64,000 nucleotides of DNA, from assembly GCF_001194135.2 (NCBI RefSeq), contig NC_068983.1, positions 3,259,754 through 3,323,753 of the forward strand, read 5' to 3'. Positions 35,321-48,963 of the stretch are shown in pieces. The DNA comes from Octopus bimaculoides (lineage: Eukaryota). A program made the position numbers and the translations under genes. Each line of letters opens with the position of its first letter. Position 1 is the first letter of the stretch. The notes beneath the pieces are model-generated. The model was not told where the DNA came from. It saw nothing but the letters and a program-made list of their open reading frames with translations, and did no database searches.

Positions 35321-36637
35321 TAGATATTTACGTGGGTTAAAGCACCTTACATTTAACTTTTATAGAAAGTAAAGAAGAGATAAGGACTTATATAATGAAA
35401 TTATCTTGGACCTTGGTACACCATCAATTTATGTCGTTGCTTACTGATAATACAATGTCCTAATTATATTCTAATCCCCAAACAGACCTTTTTTTAATGT
35501 GTTTAAATATAAACATTGCACAAAGAAACACAACAGCCTCACTAAACAGCCAGGGCCCCACCTTAGCACTGCCTTGTGTGCTTACAGCAGCCCCTAAAGA
35601 TATGTTCTCACTCAGGTCAAAATATACTGTCTTCAAGTTATGAAGCATGTGACCTGTTGTCAACCACAAACCTAGGTACTCTTTTAATTTCAGAGTACAC
35701 TATTAACTAGTACTCTCTTCTCCTCGCATCTCTCTTAGATTTAGTACTCCCTTCTCCTCACAGTAAACTAATAGTACTCCTTTCTTCTCATAGCACACCC
35801 AACGTTAATATTCCCTTCACCCGAAGCTTTCTACTATATTAATATCATCTGAAACTCTAGTTATTGTGGACTGTTTTAGATTAAAAATTTACTGTTAAAA
35901 GTTTCTAATTATTTATGGATGGCAGCTGGTCTGATGGGAAAGGCGGTGAGTGTTTCATCTTGTCTGGGCAGTTCTTTCTACATTATGAATTCAAAACGTT
36001 AAAGTCAGGTAACTGAAAACACACCTGGACTTGGGTGGCCACACCCGCTTTTTTAGGTGTCTCCACCTGCTTTCTTGAGCGTCTTTATATATTTTAAGAT
36101 CACAAATCATTAACAATAACGCCGCCTGTTTCAGCTTTCCTTCAAGCCAGAAGCTCTCAGAAACACACTTTAAATACAGCCCCTGGGAGCTTCCGTATAA
36201 CTTGGGGAAGAACAAATATCACAGCATATCCTGTTGGAAAAAATCACCTGGGTGTTAGTTCTCCCGCCAATGTTTACATCCTTCGCCACAACATAACAGA
36301 ATAATTTCCGTCTACCAAGTTCCATTCACAAGGTATTAAACAAACCGAAGCTTTGAATGAAGGAGGTGCATAAGGTACCGCAGAATGAGACGGAACACTG
36401 GACCAGGTAGTCAGGTACGCACTTGTTAATCACACAGTCTCCCGTGCTTCTTTGCAAGGGTTCACTCTGTTGCCAACACTGGAACTAGACCTCCGCGTTC
36501 CTCCTTATCACTGACACATGCAGACGTTTAGGGTCTGTGTTATTTTAATCAGACCCACCAATCGATTGGGAGGGGGTGACATCTGCAAATGTAATGGAAT
36601 CTTTCCTCCATCTGTAATTAACTTTGAAAATGAAACT

Positions 36638-36932
36638 GGCATTCCGTCGGTTACGACGAGGAGTGTTCCAGATGATCCGATCAACGGAACAGCCTGCTCG
36701 TGAAATCAACGTGCAAGCGGTTGAGCACTCCACAGACACGTGTACCCTTAACGTAGTTCCCAGAGAGATCCAGAATGATGCAGGGTGTGACAAGGTTGTC
36801 CCCTTTTGAATTACAGGTACGACTCATTTTTGTCAGCTGAGTAGCCTGGAGGAACTCGAGGAGCAACGCGCTGCCGAGAATCGAACTCCTGACCTTGCGA
36901 TCGTAAGCCGAATGCCCTCACCACTCAGCCAC
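36638..36932 (-). mobile_element. SINE family D
   Basis: GGCATTCCGTCGGTTACGACG..GAACAGCCTGCTCGTGAAAT..GACTCATTTTTG..GAGAATCGAACTC. Confidence 0.9.
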
Positions 36933-36973
36933 TGATTCTAAACTACTTATCAATATGCTCTAATAGTGAGAGT

Positions 36974-37200
36974 GGAGGCGCGTGGCTTAGTGGTTAGGGT
37001 GTTGGACTCATGATCGTAAGACTGTGGTTTCGATTCCTGGACCGGGCGTTGTGTTCTTGAACAAAACACTTCATTTCACGCTGCTCCCGTCCACTCGACT
37101 GGCAAAAATGAGTTAACCTGCGACAGACTAGCGTCCCATCCAGGTGGGGAATCTATACGCCATTGAAACCGGGAAACCGGCCCTCATGAGCCTAGCTCGC
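36974..37200 (+). mobile_element. SINE family C, full length
   Basis: GGAGGCGCGTGGCTTAGTGG (A box), GGTTTCGATTCC (B box), core, and ATACGCCATTGAAACCGGGAAACCGG tail. Confidence 0.9.
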
Positions 37201-37631
37201 GAAGGAAGCATTTATTCATTTATCGAATAGTGAGATCATTTCTATCCTTTTAAAACGCTTTCGATCCTTTGAAACGTAATGGTTACAAGTAGTGAACAGA
37301 CTTAATCTAATTCACTTTCATTCATACTGATGACTATGCAGCACTCTGATAGTTACCCTGCATAATTAATGAGGTCGAATTTCATTTCTCGGTTAGACAC
37401 CCTTCAGCAAATACTCCTTCACTCTGTTAGTTCTCACTGAAGCTTATCGGATTAATTCAAACAATATCCTTCAATCCAGAATATAGAACGAGAGGAAATT
37501 CTTTGCTCATTATACTTTAATATGTATGAAACGTGTATGAGTGGACGACATCTAAAGAAATGGTGCTTCAAACTTCGCTTAATATCCAAATGCAAAGAAT
37601 AAAATGAACATGTTAAAAAATGTTAGATATA

Positions 37632-37795
37632 GGCGCAGGCGTGGCTGTGTGGTAAGAAACCTGCTTTTCAGCCACATGGTTCCGGGTTCAGTCCCACTGC
37701 GTGGCACCTTGGGCAAAGGTCTTCTACTATATCTCCGAGCTGGCCAAAGCCTTGCGAGTGGATTTAGTAGACGGAAACTGAATCTCGTAGTATAT
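37632..37795 (+). mobile_element. SINE family A, 5' half
   Basis: Head and core up to (TA)n; tail absent. Confidence 0.9.
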
Positions 37796-38082
37796 ATATA
37801 TAAATAAATATGAAAGCCAAACTCGATTAAGTTGTGTGTTTATAAATGAAATGTATGTGCATCCATACTTTTCCAACAAAACCCAGATGTTATCCATAAA
37901 CAGCTGAGAAATAACAGAAAAGCTACGAAATTCTGTTTACAGAGAGAAAAACTCCCAACCAAGGTCATTATCCTTCTTCACGTTAATAAATTATTAAATA
38001 TTCTGAATCCGAACCTGACAGGGCGTTTGGAGATGCATTTTTCTCCAAACACATCAATTAGCTGTCATCTGTTTGTATATTC

Positions 38083-38265
38083 TTTTCTACTTTGGCGTGA
38101 GGGGGCCAGTCGATTAGATCGACCCCGGTATGCAACTGGTACTTAATTTATCGACCCCCGAAAGGATGAAAGGCAATGTCGACCTCGGCAGACAGAACGT
38201 AACGACGGACGAAATACCGCTAAGCATTTCGTCCGGCCTGCTAACGTTTCTGCTAGCTCGCCGCC
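38083..38265 (-). mobile_element. SINE family B
   Basis: GGTACTTAATTTATCGACCCCCGAAAGGATGAAAGGC. Confidence 0.9.
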
Positions 38266-39244
38266 TTCATCTGTCTGTATATTATTGTATTGTGATCTTT
38301 CTGCACCCAAACCTCCAGAGTTGGGTTAATCCCCAGGAAATCTCTTATTTTAAATAAATTTAACTGCTATTTACAAGTCTAAGTCTCCCAAGAGCCCCTC
38401 TCTGATCCAACAACCTTAGTCGGAAACCTAAACATCTGTAATCATTACATTTGTGCGGCGCCATTATGAATGCAGTGGGGAGAGGCGGTGAGCGATGGTA
38501 GAAAATGCCTAGGGACACCGTCTGCATGAAAACTAAGCTGGGAGATCAGTTGTGACATAGCGTAGTTAGTTGAGAAATTTCAATTACAAATACACCTAAT
38601 ATGGGGAGAGATATTAGCTTAAGGGTTCGTTAGGATCAAGAATGACAGACGGAAACAGCGATTTTAAAGCAGCGAGGAATAACATATAAAACGTGTAGCA
38701 ATAAACCTCCATTATTTTACAGACTGACAAACGTTTTCGATGCAAACACAAGAGATACTCCGTTTTAAATGTTGATGGTAAATGAAAGAAAATCAGTAAA
38801 ACATTTGCTATCTGAAGACAGCATTACCATTTGCCTAACTTTATTAGCGCCACATCAATGACTGTAAAATATGGGAGATTTTTTTTCTGCCGCACGGTGG
38901 AAGATTACGGTGAGTATTTTTGTAAATTTTGGGAAGACGAATGGATAAAATTCAGTCCGAGCTCGAAATGTCACGCCAAGAATATCTTCTGTTGTATTTC
39001 TATGCAGAATATAGTTTTCAGTCACAGAAGTACCTTCTGCAAAAGCTCTATTTATATAATTCTGTATAAATAGACATTGTGGAACAGTCCTGTTGGACTT
39101 TTAAACAATGCCTGGATGCTCTTCTTTCCGGTTTCGTATTCAGACATCTGATAAGTGCTACCAGCAATAATTACTGGTACTAAACAGAACAAAGAAATGA
39201 TGATAAAATTCGACCCCAGGTTAAACTATTGGAGTAAGGAAGCC

Positions 39245-39592
39245 TTTTTTATTTTTATTTGTTTGTCATTGGACTACGGCCATGCTGCCGCAGCGTCTCG
39301 GATGGATTAGTCGAAGAAATCGACCGCTGAACTTATTTCTTTTAAGTCAAGTTTTTTTATTTTCTTAGTCTTTTTTTTTACCGAACCGTTAAGTTACAGA
39401 AAGGTAAACAAATCAACAGCAGTTGCCAAGCAGTAGACGGGCTTCCACACAGTTTCCATTTACCAAATTCATTCACAAGACTTTGGTCGGCTTGGGACTA
39501 TGGCAGAAGTTACGTGTCCAACGTTCCACTTCGTGGGACTGAACCCAGAGCCATGTTGCTGCCAAGCGAGTTTCTTAACATCACAGCCATGT
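39245..39592 (-). mobile_element. SINE family A, degraded
   Basis: GTCATTGGACTACGGCCATGCTG..TTTACCAAATTCATTCACAAG..GGGACTGAACCC. Confidence 0.8.
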
Positions 39593-39987
39593 CTCAAGTG
39601 TATAGAACAGATAGTATTGCAGGTGGTACTCCAGCATGACCTGACCGTTGCTAGTTACCAGAAATTAAAGACTGAGAGAGAGAAAGAGAGGAGAAAGACA
39701 GAAAGAGAAAGCACTCGACGCCCATTTCCTCTGCACTCTCACTAAACCATCTCTTCTTATTATCCCCCCCTCTCTCTCTATCTATCTGTCTATCTGTTTC
39801 TCTCTCCTTTACGTCATTGTCTATCACTGTTTATTTTTCTCTCCTCCTCCTCCTCTGTTGACATAAATTATTCATAGAAACTTAAACAGACTATTTATAA
39901 CATCAAACCTTAAGTCTTTCCTCGTAACGAAAATATTTCATTCATGGATGTTTGTGCGTGTGCATACAGCTCGCAGTTGTATGTGTA

Positions 39988-40062
<75 letters not shown>

Positions 40063-41566
40063 ATACATACAAATATCTATAGGCATGTATGTATATTATA
40101 TATGCATGCTTATATATATATATATATATATATGAATGTATGTGTGCGTATATATTATATGCATGTATATGCATGCACACACACGCACGCACGCACGCAC
40201 GCACGCACGCACGAGAGAAAGTGTTACTATGTAAATATGTGTTTCCGTGAATACCGTCTCAGAAATGAGAATGTGTCTGCGACTGCCTGAAACAGTGAGT
40301 GTTTATAAAGTCTTGTCACAGAAACATTTCTTGTTTTATTCTTTTTTACATCTTATTGGAATGGTTGGAATATTTAATGCGCAACAACAACAACAAACAG
40401 ATTGTGCCATTGAAATGGTTAATGCCATGGTGCACAAACGACAATATCAGCTGTAAAATATCGCTATTCATTCAGAAAATAACAACGCTGGATCTGCTAG
40501 AAATAATAGCGATATTCCAGTCTATTGATGCTCTCATCAGCAACCGATAGTCATTACCGTTTCCAGTCTTAGAATACATAGTCCAGGTATTCCGGTTTCC
40601 CTGGAGTATAAGTAAACGTGAACACAACATTCCCCTGAACGGGACGCCAGTGAATTCCCTGGACCGGGAATCGAAACCAGGATATTCCGATCGTGAATGC
40701 GATGCCATAACCATTAGGTCATTTGCTTTCGCCCCATTCTACTTCCGTAAAAAAAAGGGAAGAACACATCAGATAATGCACTCCTAGAGACACTATGCGT
40801 TTAAAAGGACGGGATGGTCACAGCTAGAACGCTTTTTTACGCAAGTTTATTCAGTCAAATAGCAATACTCCATCGACACAAGGCAGCCGCTGTGTGATCG
40901 TAGAAATAGCAACCAAATCTTGATTCACACTCTACTTTTTTTTTTGAAAAAGCAAAGACGCGTCGTCTGAAGAAAGAGAGGATGGCCACGTTTGAAACAC
41001 TTTCGATCGTAGATCCGCTGGTTCATTTCTAAGCTAGGATTAAAAAAGATCAACAAACTCAAAAGTGCCTGAAAGGAGTTAGGAGAATCAACGAGGACGT
41101 TTCTGTGGTCATTCGACTTTAAAATAGATGGCGCTGCGCATGGAAGTTTATTATGTGTTGTGCCAGAAGCTCTCTTCGAGACCATCCATACATACACTAC
41201 ATCTGACGGCAGAGTCTTGGTTCGGAAGTTCCCAGATTGGTGGCATCAACACAGCATGCACAGGCGGACTCTCCTTGACCATGATAATAAAAGATCTGAT
41301 TTAATTCTAAATAAATTGTGGACTTTCAGGAAGTAGAATGAAGTATTCTGACTATCGAAACAAAACAACGTTTATAATTTTACTTTGGTAAGTTAAAACA
41401 GGATGCTGTGTTTCTCATTAAAATATGAAGGTCAACTGAAAAATACTTAATGACTAGAATCTGAGAATTTCCTTCTAAAACGTTATGCAGGCTGATAAAC
41501 TTCTACAAAAATTAAGAAAATGTGTCAGAAAAATAATTTTTCTCTCTCAGAAAATATATATCGATC

Positions 41567-41876
41567 GGCACTCCTTCGATTATGACGACGAAGGGGCCAG
41601 TTGAACTGATTAATGGAACAGCCTGCTCGTGAAATTAACATGCAAGTGGCTGAGCACTCCACAGACACGCGAACCCTTAACGTAGTTCCCAGGCAGATTC
41701 AGTGTGACGCAGTGTGACAAGGCTGACCCTTTTGTATTACAAGTATGACTCATTTTTGCCAGTTGAATGGAATGGAACAATGTGAAAACAAAGGGTCTGG
41801 CTCAAGGGCACAATGCGTCACCGGGAATCGAACTCACTATCGTGAGTTGGGTACCCTAACCTGTAAGCCACGCGCT
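41567..41876 (-). mobile_element. SINE family D
   Basis: Homologous to 36638-36932. Confidence 0.9.
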
Positions 41877-41991
41877 TTCGCACAAAAATCAAGATGTATT
41901 TTTTCCTGGTGTTGTTTAGATTCAGCTCATTCTTGACTGACAAATATAATGATCAAAGATCGTTGAACCGTGTTCATCGTGGTCTTTTATG

Positions 41992-42141
41992 CACTAGCGT
42001 AGCTAGAGTGTGTGCCGCCCTGGGCGGCCCTTCCGCTTGCCGCCCCCGCACCCCACAAACACATTGCCTACAGCAGACCCGAAAGTGCCACTCGAGGCGG
42101 ACCGCCCATTACCGCCCCCAACACACACAGCTACGCTAGTG
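41992..42141. mobile_element. 150-bp GC-rich hAT-type MITE
   Basis: Perfect 13-bp TIR CACTAGCGTAGCT; 8-bp TSD CTTTTATG/CTTCTATG (7/8 match). Confidence 0.85.
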
Positions 42142-42630
42142 CTTCTATGGAGCCCTTTCGTACTTCACTCTCGCCCTCCTACGCCTATTTTTACCAACCA
42201 AATCATCAGAACCTCATGGTTACAGAGTTAAATCGTTGGTGTTACCATAATGTTCTGGTAATCTGATAAGCTTGGTTTCTTTATCTCCATTGATTTGTGA
42301 ACACCCAATTGTATAACACCTAGCAAGCATATTAGTGCAGACATGCAGAGATTGAAATTATTACATGAAAACTACGAAAAAGCCGTACTCCTAATGATGG
42401 CGGGTGGCTAAATAAACATCTCCACCTCTCTGTTATTTCCTGACATTTTATGGTTTATATAATCCTCTCGAAATAATCTCATCGATCGGATCTCCTGGAT
42501 TTCAGCTGCATGGAACTCTGCCTTATACTCCTCTCTACTAGATTATTATGACGTCTGTTAACCGAGTCTGTTGGAGGAGCTTTATGTGATAGCTACACGA
42601 TTCTGTTAATTCATATATTACGTTACAAAT

Positions 42631-42667
<37 letters not shown>

Positions 42668-42679
42668 TGTAAAAGAGTA

Positions 42680-42961
42680 AAGACTTCCTTCGGTCGTGAA
42701 TGACCGTTCCCCCCCATAGCACAAGTCCAAGCAATATCATTATTATGGAAGACCAGCAGTCGCCTGTGTATACCAGCTCTCCTCTCCTCCACACCACTGA
42801 TATTATCCAAGGGGAAGACAAAGGGGCCGATACAGCTTGTCACCAATGACATCACAAATCATTTCTACGGCTGAGTGAACTGGAGCAACGTGAAATAAAG
42901 TGTCTTCCTCAAGAACACAGCCCGGTCCGGGAATCGAACTGACCACCTCGTGACTGTAAAC
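42680..42961 (-). mobile_element. SINE with family C head and core and a third tail type
   Basis: GCTGAGTGAACTGGAGCAACGTGAAATAAAGTGTCTT..GGGAATCGAACT; tail differs from C and D. Confidence 0.75.
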
Positions 42962-43249
42962 NNNNNNNNNNNNNNNNNNNNNNNNNNNNNNNNNNNNNNN
43001 NNNNNNNNNNNNNNNNNNNNNNNNNNNNNNNNNNNNNNNNNNNNNNNNNNNNNNNNNNNNNNNNNNNNNNNNNNNNNNNNNNNNNNNNNNNNNNNNNNNN
43101 NNNNNNNNNNNNNNNNNNNNNNNNNNNNNNNNNNNNNNNNNNNNNNNNNNNNNNNNNNNNNNNNNNNNNNNNNNNNNNNNNNNNNNNNNNNNNNNNNNNN
43201 NNNNNNNNNNNNNNNNNNNNNNNNNNNNNNNNNNNNNNNNNNNNNNNNN

Positions 43250-43296
<47 letters not shown>

Positions 43297-43824
43297 CATA
43301 CACGACACTCTGACTGTGTCACGTGTCTGTGTATGTGAATATCTTTGTTTGTGGTTTGTGTATCTGTTGGTTGGTGTCATGGCCAATTGTCAATAAAGAT
43401 ATATATCTGAGTGTAACAAAGACCCACACATAACTTCATAACAGCGGTAGGGGCCGGGCCGCCGAGCGAACAGTGCAATGTTCCTTTTATTTATTCGCAC
43501 GAGATTCCGCCGTCCTTGTGATACCTGATCCGCCACCACTGGCTTTAGATCCTCCATCAGATTCGTGACACTCCATAGAGAATGTTGGGCGGACTGTGAT
43601 CTATCTTGCCACACCAATTACACACACACACACACACACACACTATGAGACGCTTAGAGAGTAAGTATATATACATAGACATGTCACGTGGTGTTTAGAA
43701 TGGTCATTAACTGTGACTGTTTGAATGAACTAAAGAATACATCTCCATACAAACAGCTTTCCCATCTAAATAAACTCTCATTCACACACGAAGACAGACA
43801 CGTGTGTGTAATATATTCTTCTCT

Positions 43825-44130
43825 GACACTCCGTCGGTTACGACGACGAGTGTTCCAGTTACTTCGATCAACGCTCGTCAAATTAACATGAAGTGGCTGA
43901 GCACTCCTCAGACACCCGCGTACTTTTAACGTAGTTCTCAGAGAGTTTCAGCGTAACATAGAATGTGACATGGTTGTACCTTTTTTTTTTTTTGTGTAAC
44001 TCATTTTTGCCAGCTGATTGGATGGGGTCAATATGAAATAAAGTGTCTTGCTCAAGGACGTAACGCGCTGCCAGGAACCAAACTTGCGATCTTACTATCG
44101 TGAGCCGAATACCATTAACCACCAAGCCAA
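43825..44130 (-). mobile_element. SINE family D
   Basis: Homologous to 36638-36932. Confidence 0.9.
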
Positions 44131-44154
44131 GAAATGCAAGCTGGTAGAATAATT

Positions 44155-44305
44155 TTGAGGGGTGGGGGGGACTATTCGATTTCATCGACCCTGAAATGAT
44201 GAAAGGTAAAGTGGACCTCGGCGTAGTTTGAACTCACAAATAAAGACGGACGAAATTCCGCTGAGCATTTTGTCCGACGCACTAACAATTCTGCCTGCTT
44301 ACTTG
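44155..44305 (-). mobile_element. SINE family B
   Basis: TCGACCCTGAAATGATGAAAGGTAAAGTGGACCTCGGCG. Confidence 0.8.
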
Positions 44306-44317
44306 CCCCCGTTCTTT

Positions 44318-44532
44318 TATTCTTTTGCTTGTTTCAGTAATTTGACTGCGACCATGCTTGAGCACCGCCTTTAGTCGAACAAATCGACGCCAGGACTTAT
44401 TCTTTGTAAGCCTAGTACTTATTTTATCAGTCTCTTTGCCGAACCGTTAAGTTACAGGGACGTAAACACACCAACATCGGTTATCAAGCGATGGTTGGGG
44501 CTACAATCACATGGGGTACAGACACACAAACA

Positions 44533-44572
<40 letters not shown>

Positions 44573-44776
44573 CATATATATATATATGTATATATATACA
44601 TACATATATACGACAGGCTTCTTTCAGTTTCCGTCTACCAAATCCACTCACAAGGCTTTGGTCAGCCCGAGGCTATAGTAGAAGATATTTGCCCAAGGTG
44701 CCACGCAGCGAGACTGAACCCGGAACCATGTGGCTGGTAAGCAAGCTACTTACCACACAGCCACTCCTGCTCCTAT
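44318..44776 (-). mobile_element. SINE family A, full length
   Basis: Reverse complement of the 25308 copy. Confidence 0.95.
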
Positions 44777-45299
44777 AACAATAATAATGATGATGATGAT
44801 GGCACTGGTGATTTTTCTTTTTTTAATTATTGTTTATAAATGGACATGACTATCTCTTTTAATCATAATATTGCCACAAAGGAATTTGACAAGCTTAGGG
44901 AATATAAAGATTTGCTCGTTGTTATCGGAACGTGTAACATCTCAAGGCGGTTACAATACCAGTGATTGTAGGGGGCTGTTGGAATAATCAAAAAAAGGAA
45001 CTGAAAATTATTTGAGAATGATTCCTTAATTAATTATATCCCTGCAAAAAGTCCAAAAATTTGTTTTAACAGATACGTCACACGTATTGAGAAGAGAGCA
45101 TTGTCGCTGTGAGAACGATAGCCTTCCGTGTAAATAATGCATAACTTTATTTGATTTTGTAAATGGTCCATCTGGTGTGTTTGTTTTAATGGCCTATCAA
45201 TGTATCACCGTGTTTCTTTGGCGTAGGTGTCGAGAAGACACTCGGTGAAAAATGGAAACAAAGTTGAAGGAAGAAGAAAAACTCCTGACAATGGTTTCA

Positions 45300-46457
45300 A
45301 ATTTTATCACAAGGCCAGCAATTTTGATAACTGGTACTTATTTTATCGACCTCGAAAGGATAAATGGCAAAGTCGACCTCGGCAGAATTTTAACTCAGTA
45401 AAAGACCAACGAAATGCCGTTAAACCCAGAGTGCTAACGATCCCGCCCAAGAACACAAAATTAGGATTTAGGAGAAATAATATGAAGTATCATATCCGAT
45501 GTTTTGATAATTCTGCAGAAACATTTGAGTTCCGGACTAAACGTCCTGCAATATTTTTTTCCGGTTCTCTTGTTTTTGGTGCAAATCTTACCAAAGTCCA
45601 CTTCATATTTTGTCTTTTCGGGATCGATATGAACCAATCACATACTGGAGTAGACGTAATCGACTTGCACCCACATCCCACCCCCACCCCCAATTGCTGG
45701 CCTTGTGCCCAAAATTGAAACTGTGACCAATGCGGCGAGCTGGCAGAATCGTTAGCATGCCGGACAAAATGTTTAGCGGCATTTCATCTGTCTTTACATT
45801 CTGAGTTCAAATTGTGCCTAGGTACAAATTGCCTTTTATCCTTGCGAGGTCGATAAAATAAGTACCACTTGTCCCCTGCCCGGAAATTGCCGGGTTTTGT
45901 GCCCAAATTTGATGCCAATATTTTATTCTGTCGCTTTTTGTATCGGGTGCAAATCCCACCAAAGTCAACTTTCCTGGGTCGATAAATAAAGTCCCTAGTC
46001 AAAGTGATGGCTAGGCGAAATCTTTCGGCTGAACACCTCGCGGTATTTGTTTCCGCCTCTGCGTTTTGAGTTCAAATTCNNNNNNNNNNAGTATCAGCGG
46101 GATCAATTCAGTTGCAAACATTTGGAGCCGGGTCTCGGATGTGACCTTCCTTCCTCAATCGTCCATGGCCCTGGAAACCGTTATGGAGGCCTGCCTTTCC
46201 TCATCTCTAAGTGATAATATTTCTTACACTAAGGCGACGAGCTGACAGAATCATTACTGCGCCGGATGAAATGCTAGGCAGCATTTCGTCCGTCTTTACC
46301 TTCTGAACTCAAATTCTGCGCAGGTCGATTTGATTTCATCTTTTCGGGGGTCGATAGAATAAGTACCAATAAAACAGTGGGGGGGGGCGGTCGATGTGAT
46401 CGACTTAGCACCCCCACCCCACCTCTTTTTGGCCTCGTGCCAAAATTTGGAACCATT
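45300..46457. mobile_element. cluster of family B SINE copies and fragments in mixed orientation
   Basis: Minus 45300-45448; plus 45734-45915; plus fragment ~46010-46079; plus 46233-46457. Confidence 0.8.
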
Positions 46458-46499
46458 TCTTTAAGTCTTCATGTATTCCTCGAAGGTTGTTGCTTTTAA

Positions 46500-46780
46500 A
46501 ACTATTACGTCACCTTAGTAGCACCACACCACCACCACCACTACTACCACCGCCTACTACCACACAATGCCATCACTCCAACGTCATGACTGCTACTACT
46601 ACTCCTACGTTATACAACATTACTACTACCGCCGCCACCACCACCACGACAACTCCGCCACCAATATTACTACTATACATTACCACCCTCATCTGCTGCG
46701 CCACTTCCCATACTATCTCTCACACACACTGCCACAGCCCCACCCTACCATACTATCATCACCGCCACCGTTGTTACCTT
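46500..46780. repeat. low-complexity (CCA/CTA)n-rich tract
   Basis: Degenerate trinucleotide repeats giving Thr/Pro/His-rich pseudo-ORFs in all frames. Confidence 0.75.
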
Positions 46781-47144
46781 CGAATATGAATGACCCTCCC
46801 TATATGACCTCCACTAAAATACAGACATGTACTATCTATCAAGTCAATTTCGCTGACATCATGCCTGGACTAATTGTTGGCCAGATGTCGCCTTAGTTTA
46901 TCATTTAGCTGCAGTGTTGGATTGCACGGTGTTTTATTTATCAGACTAACAATACCACCGACTGCACCGCCACCGCCACCACCACCCTCCTTGGCGATGG
47001 TGGTGTTTGGTAACCGACACAGGGTGGACACTCGTACACTGGATCTACCCGTTTACTCAAGGGTGGACACTTGAGACAACGATGGACTCAAGTTATCTCT
47101 TCAATGAAAGAACAAAGATCAACCAAATTTAATCGTGCATCACT

Positions 47145-47175
<31 letters not shown>

Positions 47176-47568
47176 GTCTGTCTTTGCAACCACCCATCCG
47201 CCTACCCACCCACCCGTCTATCTCTTACTGTGTGCAGCACTGACAGACACTCCGCATATGCCACTCCATCCTCGGTGTCCTAAATCAATCAATAATCACA
47301 CCCCACACATGGTCCTCTATCAGGCCCTTTACTATGATTATCACAAGACGCTTACCGTTCATCCCCACCGTGGGTCGGTTCCCAGATGAAGCCGTGACGA
47401 AGAAATTCTTTGAAACGTAATAAAATTTTCCTCCCTCTTGTTACTTAGGCTCTGACCAACCATGATCCAGCTGGCCTGTGGTTGAATATTTTCTTTGCGA
47501 CCAAGGACAATTTCTTGCGGGAATATTATGTAGCGCACACACATACACGCACGCGCGCACATAGGTGT

Positions 47569-47601
<33 letters not shown>

Positions 47602-47912
47602 CACGCGCACACACGTGCACACATCACATACGTACACATATGTCCACACGTCCACGCCCGTCCACACATAGGCAATCTCACCTTCGGTTCCTTGAGTGGT
47701 ATATTTAACTCGTCACTCGGTTTAACAGCACCACCTGCCACCATGGATACCTTCAGTGGAGTCCACTCTGCTGTAAACATTCAGACCAAATTTGATGGCA
47801 GAAGTCTGATGATCAGTTTCATGAAACTCTGAGTAATAGTTTGTGAAGTCTTTGCAGCTACATTCTAGTCTAACTTTGATATCCAAGTACTATTTTTTTT
47901 TTTATATATGTG

Positions 47913-47955
<43 letters not shown>

Positions 47956-48902
47956 ATATATATGTATGTATATATGTGTTATATAATCACATCCCACCCA
48001 TAGTCCTCTGTCAGGCCCTTTACTATGATTTTCACATCTTTCCTCCACCATCGTTTATATAGTCCCTAAATGCTTTATCCCAAGTTGCGGTTCATTGGTA
48101 AGTTCCAATTTAGAACGAAATAAATTCAAATTTATCTGCATCTACTTGCGAAAAAAAGAAAAGAAATAAGAATGAATTATATAGAAACATAATAAATAAG
48201 TATCTAAAAAAACTCTCTCAGCGATTCTCTTCCTTTGAGGGGAAATCCCACCCCAACCCCTTTATTTCTTGGAAAACATTATTTCTCTCGACCTCTTAAA
48301 CTAAAAACAACCACAGATGACAGCAGAAGCGGTCACTAGTCAAATTTCACACGGACATATATATATATATATATATATATAATGTTTGTTTTTATTTTCA
48401 GCTATAATAAAAACAATTTTACATTAATCTGGAGGGTTACTCTATACTTTTGTAGCGATCAAATTTATTATCCTTAAACAAGAATATTATTAACAGTGAC
48501 AATCTCTCTCTCTCACTGTGTGTGTGTGTGTGTGTGCGCGCGCGCGCGTGTTGTTTGCTAGCTTAGTCTTGCGGACATGCTCGTTCAATCATAAGTTATC
48601 AACCAAACTTTTTTCTGAGTATTACGTTTATCACCTTACGGAATTACCCGAACTGTTCGTATTCTACATTTTAGGGAAATATATAGATGCATGGGTGTGT
48701 GCATGTGTGTGTGTGTGTTTCTAATATAAAATATAAGAATGCGTGTATGCGTATGTTTATATGTGGGTTAATACGTGTGCGTGTGTGCGTGCGGCAACCA
48801 GCAAAACATTAAAATTTCTCTATTGAAATGTAACTGCCGAGTAATCTAAACCAATACGTTTCATATTTCAAACCGCTGTTGCTGTCGTGATCTCTCTCTC
48901 TT

Positions 48903-48963
<61 letters not shown>

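Noticed and set aside
36974-37050. tRNA-like sequences with A and B boxes (also 24107-24177 and all SINE heads)
   Set aside because: No complete acceptor stem, and each continues into a multi-copy SINE body, so they were not called tRNA genes.
39938-40290. Numerous 60-130 aa ORFs rich in CV/HT/YI/RE/LS repeats throughout the window
   Set aside because: Translations of (TG)n, (TA)n and (AG)n microsatellites or of SINE bodies.
47737-47832. Perfect Kozak GCCACCATGG opening a 29-aa ORF
   Set aside because: Short ORF with no recognisable product or promoter evidence; expected occasionally by chance.
47806-47840. CTGATGA..GAAAC..GTA hammerhead-like match (also a lone CTGATGA at 22687)
   Set aside because: No stem II and no adequate stem I pairing; 22687 lacks the GAAA half.
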